A stretch of 64,000 nt of DNA, taken from NCBI GenBank assembly GCA_963674965.2, contig CAXXFL010000001.1:1-64000 (forward strand). Direction: 5' to 3'. The notes under the pieces are model-generated. The model saw nothing but the letters and a program-made list of their open reading frames with translations, was not told the origin of the DNA and did not search any database. The position numbers and the translations under genes are program-made. Shown one piece after another: positions 56,909 to 64,000 of the stretch; the stretch's first letter is position 1, and each line of letters opens with the position of its first letter. Source of the stretch: a bacterium. Its GTDB lineage: Bacteria; RBG-13-61-14; DATKZS01.

Positions 56909-57961
56909 ATGGCCAAGATAGATCAATTCTTTCAAGCGATGCTCGATAAGGGGGCCTCGGACCTGCACCTCACCTCGGGCGCGCCCCCCATGGTAAGGCA
57001 GCACGGCGACATGACGCCCCTCTCGGACAAGGCCCTCACGCCCAAGCAGACGAGGGAGCTGCTCCTCGAGATGCTCTCCGAGGCCAAGCAGGAAAAATTC
57101 AAGAAGACGCGGGACCTGGACTTCGCCTACGAGATGGGCGAGTACCGGTTCCGGGCCAACTTCTTTTTCCAGAGGAAGGGAGTGGGGGCCGTGTTCCGCG
57201 TCATTCCCGCCAGGATACTCTCGGTGGAGGACCTGGGCTTGCCGGCGCAGATACTGAAGCTGGCCGCCTTCAAAAAGGGGCTGGTGCTGGTCACGGGCGG
57301 CACGGGCTCGGGCAAGTCGACCACCCTGGCCGCCCTCATCGACTACATCAACGTCAACCGCAAGGAGCACGTTATCACCGTCGAGGACCCCATCGAGTTC
57401 GTGCACGAGAACAAGAAGAGCCTTATTAACCAGCGCGAGGTGGGGACCCACACGGTAAGCTTCGCCGCCGCCCTCAAGGCCGCCCTGCGGGAGGACCCCG
57501 ACATCATCCTGGTCGGCGAGATGAGGGACCTCGAGACCATCGAGCTGGCCATTACCGCGGCCGAGACGGGACACCTGGTGTTCGGGACCCTCCACACCTC
57601 GAGCGCGCCCAAGACCGTGGATCGGATCATCAACGTCTTTCCCACCACCCAGCAGGAGCAAATAAGGACAATGTTAAGCGAGTCACTGCGCGGCGTCGTC
57701 TCGCAAAACCTCCTTAAAAAAGCCGACGGAAAAGGTAGGGTTGCGGCCCTCGAGATACTGGTGGCCACCAGCGCCTCGAACAACCTGATTCGGGAGAACA
57801 AGACCTTCCAACTCAACTCCGTCATTCAGACCGGCAAAAGGGACGGCATGCAGACCATGGACCAGGCCATCATGGAGCACCTCATGGCCAAAAGGATCAC
57901 GGCCCAGGAGGCCTATACCTACGCCGTGGAAAAAAGACAGTTCGAGTCGTTCCTGAAATAG
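56909..57961 (+). CDS. pilT: Type IV pilus retraction ATPase PilT
   Basis: ASDLHL, GGTGSGKSTT, TVEDPIE, QREVG, ALREDPDIILVGEMRD, ETGHLVFGTLHT, GMQTMDQ. Confidence 0.96.
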   Translation: MAKIDQFFQAMLDKGASDLHLTSGAPPMVRQHGDMTPLSDKALTPKQTRELLLEMLSEAKQEKFKKTRDLDFAYEMGEYRFRANFFFQRKGVGAVFRVIPARILSVEDLGLPAQILKLAAFKKGLVLVTGGTGSGKSTTLAALIDYINVNRKEHVITVEDPIEFVHENKKSLINQREVGTHTVSFAAALKAALREDPDIILVGEMRDLETIELAITAAETGHLVFGTLHTSSAPKTVDRIINVFPTTQQEQIRTMLSESLRGVVSQNLLKKADGKGRVAALEILVATSASNNLIRENKTFQLNSVIQTGKRDGMQTMDQAIMEHLMAKRITAQEAYTYAVEKRQFESFLK

Positions 57962-57970
57962 GGCCGCGCC

Positions 57971-60379
57971 TTAGCGCCCCGTCCGCTCGAGATACCGGGC
58001 CATGACCTCCTCGAGGGCCGCGCCGTCCCGGAGGACCAGTATCAGGTCCGTCGGGTTGTCCCTCCCGCCCGGGTCGTAATCGATCTCGAGCCGCGACTCC
58101 TTCTCCTTGAACTCGAAGCCGGCCTCGCGGCGGGTCCCGTCCATCATCAGCCTCACGGAGGATGACGGCCGCGAAAGACCGGGCGAGCGGACCCTGGCCA
58201 CGCCCCTTCCCGAGGCGCTCACCATGACGTAATCCGGACCCTTGACGATGACCCCGAACTTGCCGGTGAAGCTCATCTCGTCTTCCCCATACTCGACGCG
58301 GCCGCCCCGCGGGTCGTCGAGCAGGGCCGCCCGCAGCCCGCCGTCCGCGATGGAAACAAAGGACGCCGTCTTGGCGCCCGCCGCCAGTCGCATATCGCTC
58401 GCGCCTCCCGCGAAGAATACGGGGCCGTCGAAGGGCCCGGCGCCGCGGTTGACGACCGATAAGATCACGGGAGACCCCGGCGGTCCTCTCCTCTCGATCA
58501 CGTCCACCTCGTCCGCGTCCGTCCAAGCCCTTTTAAGGACCACGCCCTTTCGCCGGGCCATCTCTTCCAGTTCCCGATAACCCCGGCCCTCGCCGTACCA
58601 GAAAACCTCGGGCCCGTCCTCCATCCCCTCGGCGGCCTCGAGGTCGAAAAATTTCCTCGAGCCCTCGGGCAGCGCGAGGATTTCGTATTCTCCGATTTGT
58701 CCCGGTTTCAAATGGTCCAGATGGACCACGTCGAACTCGGCGTGGCGTTTCACAAGGTCACCCGCGATGAGCATGGACCGCTCGGCCAGGTTGGCGCCTC
58801 GGGTAAACTCGGCCAGGGCCTTATGCCGGGTCCGCCGATGGGGCCGGTTGAAGTTGAACCTGAAGTCCCAGTTCCAGGCGCGCTCGGGTTTGTGGCTATA
58901 GCCGACCGCCAACCGGGGCCTCTCGCGGCCGGGAAGGAAACCGCCCGAGCGCTCCATGAACAAATAGGTCAGCTTGCCGTTCCAGAAGCAATCGCGGGTC
59001 CTTCCCTCCGGCGTCACGCAGGCCTCCATGCCCCACGAGCGGCCCGGGGCCACCTCGCGGTTGTCGGGACGGGCCTGAAGCCCGACGTATATATTGGCCG
59101 CGTCCGCTCCCCAGGCGATGGGGGCCTGGAAGTAAAGCCGCCTCGAGCAGGTTATCTCGGGAACGAAGGCGGGGTACGGACTCGAGAGGGTACCGGAAAG
59201 ACTCGTCCGCCAAACCGCCATGTGCACGTACTCGTCCCAGTTGTACTTGTAGACCAGGTCCCCCGTGAAGATGGTCCAGGGACGATAGACCTCGGCGTAA
59301 ACGTTGGTCCCCAGCCAGCCGCCCGAGGCCTCGGCCATTCCGCCCAGGTCGCCCAGCATGCCGGCCATGTCCCAGGGCATGCACAGAAGGTCCTGGAAGG
59401 TCGGCGCGTAAAAGCCGACTTCTATAAGGGCCTCGCGGTAGCGGCGGAGGGCCTCCACGTACTGCCACTCCGCGAACTCGTCAAGGTCCAGGTATATCTG
59501 GAATTCCTCGCCGCTCCTGGGGTCATTCCACCTGGAGGGCATGGGCGCGTCCCGGAAAGAGGAATAGGCTGAGCCGTGGGCCGCGTTCAGGCGCTGGACG
59601 CTGCCGTACTTGTCCTTTAGCCACTCGGGCCAGGCCGTTTGGACCTGGTAGGCGTTATAGTCCGCCTTGAAGTTGTGAGTGAGGTAATTCGAGAGCGTGA
59701 CGAACCCGTCGCCCGGCGTCTCGTTATCCACCTGCACCGCCACGATGGGGCCGTCCGGCCACTGGCGGGGGACAGCGACCTTGGCGACCTCCCCGTAATA
59801 GCGCCGTACCAGCTCCAGGTAAAGGGGATGGAGATAGGATACGCGGGGCATGCCCGAGTCGCCGTGCATATAGGGCTTGCCGCGCTTATCGAGGGCGGCG
59901 GTCTCGGGGTAATCCCTAATAAGCCAGTGCGGTACGCCGCCCGCGTTGGTCTCGGCGTCGATAAAGGGCCCGGGCTTGAGTATGACCTTGAGCCCCCGCT
60001 CGGCGCAGAGGTCGAGGAAACCGGCCAGGTCCCTTTCCGGCCGGGTCCTTCCCGTGAAGTCGAAGTCCCCCTCCTCCATCTCGTGCCATCCCCAGTGAAC
60101 GTAGGTCGAAACGCAGTCGGCGTTGTACTGGGCCATCCTCGTCAGGAGCGGCCCCCACTTGTCGCGGGGAAACCTGAAGTACTGGAACTCGACCGACCTC
60201 AGCGGCTCGTCGTAGCGGGAGGAACGAAAATAGTCCCGCTCCGCTCCGGCGCCCGTCCGCCCTTGTCCCGTATAGCCAAGGAGCAGGGCCAACATGGCGA
60301 GGCAAGGAACGATCCTCAAGGGGCGCGCGCCCGCCGGGCTCGCAGCCCTTGGCCGATTCTCGCGTGGTGAAGATTTCAT
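57971..60379 (-). CDS. GH35/GH42-like beta-galactosidase family protein
   Basis: EFQYFRFP, STYVHWGWHE, FDFTG, LKPGPFIDAETNAGGVPHWL, GPIVAVQVDNE; hydrophobic N-terminal segment. Start uncertain. Confidence 0.85.
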   Translation of the reverse strand: MKSSPRENRPRAASPAGARPLRIVPCLAMLALLLGYTGQGRTGAGAERDYFRSSRYDEPLRSVEFQYFRFPRDKWGPLLTRMAQYNADCVSTYVHWGWHEMEEGDFDFTGRTRPERDLAGFLDLCAERGLKVILKPGPFIDAETNAGGVPHWLIRDYPETAALDKRGKPYMHGDSGMPRVSYLHPLYLELVRRYYGEVAKVAVPRQWPDGPIVAVQVDNETPGDGFVTLSNYLTHNFKADYNAYQVQTAWPEWLKDKYGSVQRLNAAHGSAYSSFRDAPMPSRWNDPRSGEEFQIYLDLDEFAEWQYVEALRRYREALIEVGFYAPTFQDLLCMPWDMAGMLGDLGGMAEASGGWLGTNVYAEVYRPWTIFTGDLVYKYNWDEYVHMAVWRTSLSGTLSSPYPAFVPEITCSRRLYFQAPIAWGADAANIYVGLQARPDNREVAPGRSWGMEACVTPEGRTRDCFWNGKLTYLFMERSGGFLPGRERPRLAVGYSHKPERAWNWDFRFNFNRPHRRTRHKALAEFTRGANLAERSMLIAGDLVKRHAEFDVVHLDHLKPGQIGEYEILALPEGSRKFFDLEAAEGMEDGPEVFWYGEGRGYRELEEMARRKGVVLKRAWTDADEVDVIERRGPPGSPVILSVVNRGAGPFDGPVFFAGGASDMRLAAGAKTASFVSIADGGLRAALLDDPRGGRVEYGEDEMSFTGKFGVIVKGPDYVMVSASGRGVARVRSPGLSRPSSSVRLMMDGTRREAGFEFKEKESRLEIDYDPGGRDNPTDLILVLRDGAALEEVMARYLERTGR

Positions 60380-60518
60380 ATTGACGGATTTTACAGCCCG
60401 TCGCGGATGACTTCAAAACGCGCCGCGCTCCCTCGAGCTTAGCGGCTTTCAATCCTCCTTCTTGCCGAGCGCCGCCAAATTGAGGATACTATTTCCCACG
60501 CCCGCGAGGGACAAGAAG

Positions 60519-61934
60519 ATGGACGAGTTCACGAGAAAAATCGAGACGGCCATTAAAAGGCGGTCGCTACTCGAGCGCGGAGACGCGGCGCTGGTGGGGC
60601 TTTCCGGCGGCCCGGACTCGGTGGCCCTCCTTCTCGCGCTGGCCGAGCTGGCCCCCGCCTGGGACCTCGAGATACTGGCCGCTCATTTCAACCACGCCTC
60701 GAGGGGAGAAGAGTCCGACTCGGACGAGGAGTTCTGCCGCCGATTGTGCGCCTCCCTCGAGGTCCCCTTTTCCAGCGGCCGAGCGAGCGACCCTCCTTCC
60801 TCCAACTTCGAGAGCTGGGCGCGGGACGCCCGGTACGATTTCCTTCTCGCCGCGGCCTCAAGGCTCGGGGCCTCGAGGCTGGCGGTGGCTCATCACGCCG
60901 ACGACCAGGCCGAGACCCTCATCATCAACCTCCTTCGCGGCTCGGGTTCCTCGGGCCTGGCGGGCATGCCTCCGTCCAGGCGGATGAGTGGACCCGGCGG
61001 CGATGTGACTATTATCAGACCGCTCATCGAGTCCCGGCGGGAGGAAATAATCCGCTTCCTCGATAGGCGCGGACAAGACTACAGGACCGACTCATCCAAC
61101 TCCGACCCGAGGCTCCTTCGCAACCGGGTGCGGCTCGAGGTCATTCCTCTCCTCGAGTCCATCAACCCCGAGGCGAGCCACGTCCTGGCCCGCTCGGCCC
61201 ATGTGCTAGGTCTCGAGTCGGAGGCCGTAAAATGGGCGGCCGGGGAAACGCTCTATCAGTGCCTCAAACTGGAGGGGGACAAGGTCAAGGTGCGACTTGC
61301 CCCCCTCGCCGGCGTCTTGCCCGGAATCCGGCTGGCCGTTTTCAGGGAGGCCATAAGGCACGCGGCCGGTTCCCTTCGCCGCCTTGGTCTTGCCCACTTC
61401 ACGGCGGTGGACGACCTGGCCGTCCTGGGCCCGGCTCACGGCTCGATCGACTTGCCGGGGCTGACCGTGAAAAGGGAATACGACGCGATCGAGATTGTCC
61501 CGGCGGGCGGGGAGCGGGAAGAAAACGAGGTACCCCGCGCCCCCCTCGAGATCGAGTTGCCCGTGCCCGGCGAGGTGGTCTGGCCCGGTCCCGAGGGGAT
61601 TGACTACAGGATTCGCGTCGAGCGGGCCGAGTTACCCACGTCGCGGCCCGACCACTCCTCCGAGGCGTGGCTGGATGAGGCGTTCGTGGCCGGGAAGACG
61701 CGGGCGCGCCGGCGCGGGCCGGGCGACTCGTTCACGCCTCGGGGCATGGAAGGAAGACGCAAGCTAAAGGACGTAATGAACGAGATGCGGGTCCCCCCCC
61801 GGATGAGGGACGACTGGCCGATTATTTGCGACGACGAGAAAATCCTCTGGGTCCCGGGCTTTCGTCCCTCCGGTCCCGAGCCGGGAAACAAGGCAAAAGC
61901 CCTGAGGCTTTCCATTTCCCCGCCCCTCGGATAA
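60519..61934 (+). CDS. tilS: tRNA(Ile)-lysidine synthase
   Basis: SGGPDSVALL, AHFNH, ARYDF, AHHADDQAET, RGSG, IRPL, DSSN, RNRVR and TilS_C KLKD...VP..R..WP. Confidence 0.97.
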   Translation: MDEFTRKIETAIKRRSLLERGDAALVGLSGGPDSVALLLALAELAPAWDLEILAAHFNHASRGEESDSDEEFCRRLCASLEVPFSSGRASDPPSSNFESWARDARYDFLLAAASRLGASRLAVAHHADDQAETLIINLLRGSGSSGLAGMPPSRRMSGPGGDVTIIRPLIESRREEIIRFLDRRGQDYRTDSSNSDPRLLRNRVRLEVIPLLESINPEASHVLARSAHVLGLESEAVKWAAGETLYQCLKLEGDKVKVRLAPLAGVLPGIRLAVFREAIRHAAGSLRRLGLAHFTAVDDLAVLGPAHGSIDLPGLTVKREYDAIEIVPAGGEREENEVPRAPLEIELPVPGEVVWPGPEGIDYRIRVERAELPTSRPDHSSEAWLDEAFVAGKTRARRRGPGDSFTPRGMEGRRKLKDVMNEMRVPPRMRDDWPIICDDEKILWVPGFRPSGPEPGNKAKALRLSISPPLG

Positions 61935-61940
61935 GCCGCC

Positions 61941-63878
61941 CTACTTGTCGAGAAGGATGGGAGGCGCGTCCTCCACCCTGGGCCGGGCCGCGTCGGACCA
62001 GGTCTCCACGTAAAGAGGATCGCCAAGGCCGAGGTCCTCGCTGAAGATTTCACGGGCCGGCTTTCCGGGCATGTCCTTGCCCAGGGGAAAGCCCATCATG
62101 TAAAGGACGGTGGGAGCAAGGTCGAGAGGACTCATATTATCGAGGACCACGGGCTCGATCCCTTCTCCCGCCATGACGACGCAGCCGCGCGGGGTCCTTT
62201 TGGCGGAGACGTCCCGGAAGGAGCGGCGGACGCCGGCGAGGGGGATCGGGTCCTTGTCGTCCCGCCCTCGATAAGCGTAATTGTCCAGAAGGGCCTCCTC
62301 GTTCAAGGTGGCCAGAAGGTCGGGAGGGTCGAAGGCGTAGGGGGTGATGACCTCCTTGTCCGGGTTCATTTCCACCCGCTCGAAGAGCCTGGCGTTCCTC
62401 TCGGTCCTCAAGTCGAGGAGGGCGTTTTTTACCTCCTTGGCCGCTTTCCCGTGGTCGCCGAAGGGAATGATGCCCTCGGGCTCGCGGTCCTTGAGGTTCA
62501 CGAAAATCCCGACGACTTTCTTTTCCGGCTCCTCCAGCGCCCAGGCCGCCGTCTCGTTCCAGTAAATGTCCCGCTTGGCCATGCCGGGCAAAAGCGAGCC
62601 CGATATCTTGAGCATCAGCTTGATCCTGGCGTTTTGATGCTCCTCGTTCTCGGGCGGATGGAACTTGAAGCGCGTCGAGACGTAGGCCTCGACCGCCGCC
62701 GGGTGCATGCTTTTCTCGCCCTTGGCCAGCCACTTGCGGGTCTCGTCCTCCAGCTCCCGGCAGACGTAGAACACGCTCTCCGACCTCGGCTCGGGTACCT
62801 CGAGTTCTCCCTTCTCGGCCAGCTTCATGAGCGCCCCGTCGCAGCTATAGCCCTCGTAGGTCAGGAGTCCCATGTACTCGAGCAGGCGGTTGGCGGACAT
62901 GAAGACGTCCGCCGGCGGAAAGGACGGGCCCATGCCGTAGGGCGAGACGATAATCGCGTTATAGCCCTCGGCCTCGGAAAGCAGGCCGCCGATCAGCCGG
63001 TCCAGGAAGCGGTAATGTTCCTCGATCACGCGTCGGTACCTCTCGCGGTCGGCGGCGGTCACGTTGGAAACGTGATCCTCTCCCATGGGCCAGGCGAATT
63101 TCCAGAAGGCGCGGGAAACCTCCTCCAGCCCCTGGAACCTCACCATGACCAGGTCCGGCCGCTCCTCCCGCATTATCTCGAGGGCGCGGGAAAAGGCCAT
63201 CCGGTCCTCCTCGTAGGCCCGCCGGGCCCTCGAGTCCCTGACCTTTTCCAGTTCCTCCTCGTAGTCGAGCGCCTTGGGCGGCGGCGCCGTCTTCACCCGC
63301 TCGCGCCACTCGGGAGGAAGAGTACGGGGCCCCTCCCCCCCCTTGCCCAGGTCCTCCGCCACGAAGACGCCGCGCTCGAGTTCCTCCGCCGGGTAGGCCG
63401 CCTTCCAGTTGATCACGCCCGAGCTTTTTCCGCCCCGGTCCACCACGTTCCACAGGGCGGGGGCGCGTCGGAACGCGCTCGTGGCCAGGACCGGCTTGTA
63501 CTGGCGCGGCGGCTTGAGCTTTTCCCCGCTGATACCGTGGACCTGAGGAGTCACTCCCGTCGCGAGGGTGGTATATAGTGAGGCCGAGACGAGGGGGGGC
63601 GTTGAGGTCATCTCTCCCCTGGCCCCGACGGCCAGGAGTCTGGCCAGGCGCGGCATGTCCCCCTCGTTGATCAGCTCGATGGCCCGGTCCAGGTTGAAGC
63701 CGTCTATGCCGATGACGAGGACTTTAGTATTGCTCGACTTGATCGACTCGATGACCTCGGGCGAGGACGGGGGCAACGTCTCCGTTCCCTTGTCCGCCGG
63801 CCTCAAGTAGAGCCAGTAAAAAAAAGCCGCGGCCAGCATTATCCCGGCCGCGATCTCGACGTAGTTCCTACGGTTCAT
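61941..63878 (-). CDS. Alkaline phosphatase / nucleotide pyrophosphatase superfamily protein, membrane anchored
   Basis: N-terminal TM, KVLVIGIDG, PPLVSASLYTTLATG..P..HGI, DLAPTVLYMMG...DMPG; several metal-ligand motifs altered. Confidence 0.8.
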   Translation of the reverse strand: MNRRNYVEIAAGIMLAAAFFYWLYLRPADKGTETLPPSSPEVIESIKSSNTKVLVIGIDGFNLDRAIELINEGDMPRLARLLAVGARGEMTSTPPLVSASLYTTLATGVTPQVHGISGEKLKPPRQYKPVLATSAFRRAPALWNVVDRGGKSSGVINWKAAYPAEELERGVFVAEDLGKGGEGPRTLPPEWRERVKTAPPPKALDYEEELEKVRDSRARRAYEEDRMAFSRALEIMREERPDLVMVRFQGLEEVSRAFWKFAWPMGEDHVSNVTAADRERYRRVIEEHYRFLDRLIGGLLSEAEGYNAIIVSPYGMGPSFPPADVFMSANRLLEYMGLLTYEGYSCDGALMKLAEKGELEVPEPRSESVFYVCRELEDETRKWLAKGEKSMHPAAVEAYVSTRFKFHPPENEEHQNARIKLMLKISGSLLPGMAKRDIYWNETAAWALEEPEKKVVGIFVNLKDREPEGIIPFGDHGKAAKEVKNALLDLRTERNARLFERVEMNPDKEVITPYAFDPPDLLATLNEEALLDNYAYRGRDDKDPIPLAGVRRSFRDVSAKRTPRGCVVMAGEGIEPVVLDNMSPLDLAPTVLYMMGFPLGKDMPGKPAREIFSEDLGLGDPLYVETWSDAARPRVEDAPPILLDK

Positions 63879-63999
63879 GTATTTCCTCTTGCGCCCCTTT
63901 CCCGGGAGCGTCCACGTTTATCCGGAGCAAAAGGAGGGCGAAAACAATGGCCGTCAGGGCCAGGGTCGCCACCGCCCCCATCGCCATCTCGATGTCCAG
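63868..63999 (-). CDS. 3' end of a membrane protein entering from beyond the window
   Basis: LDIEMAMGAVATLALTAIVFALLLLRINVDAPGKGAQEEIHEP*; overlaps the next gene's start. Confidence 0.55.
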   Translation of the reverse strand: MDIEMAMGAVATLALTAIVFALLLLRINVDAPGKGAQEEIHEP

Positions 64000-64000
64000 G

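Overview
GC-rich bacterial chromosome segment, deltaproteobacterial-like by gene content (inference). In order it carries: the 5' part of a type VI secretion operon (tssJ-K-L-M and the start of tssA); a scarred region next to tRNA-Val(GAC) with coaD interrupted by an IS481-like remnant, a truncated secreted-protein gene joined to the last 26 codons of a type I restriction hsdR, and a possible att/integrase relic; a gene missed by the ORF track that encodes a lipoprotein-signal AhpD/CMD-family selenoprotein (CxxU, in-frame UGA followed by a SECIS-like hairpin); four tandem CD225/dispanin genes plus DUF2752; signalling and housekeeping genes (CHASE4 kinase, porin, NtrC-type regulator, sppA, trmFO, C45 peptidase, CoA-persulfide reductase, FAD/Fe-S oxidoreductase, B12 radical SAM); a pilGHI-like ABC/glycosylation locus headed by a YfhO + O-antigen-ligase + TPR fusion; and, divergently, a Dif-like chemosensory operon without cheB, larB-larC, a kinase with two HisKA domains, a probably inactive MshEN-PilB paralog and pilT. 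The window ends with a GH35 hydrolase, tilS and a degenerate alkaline-phosphatase-family gene. All calls come from reading motifs by eye; no database searches were run.
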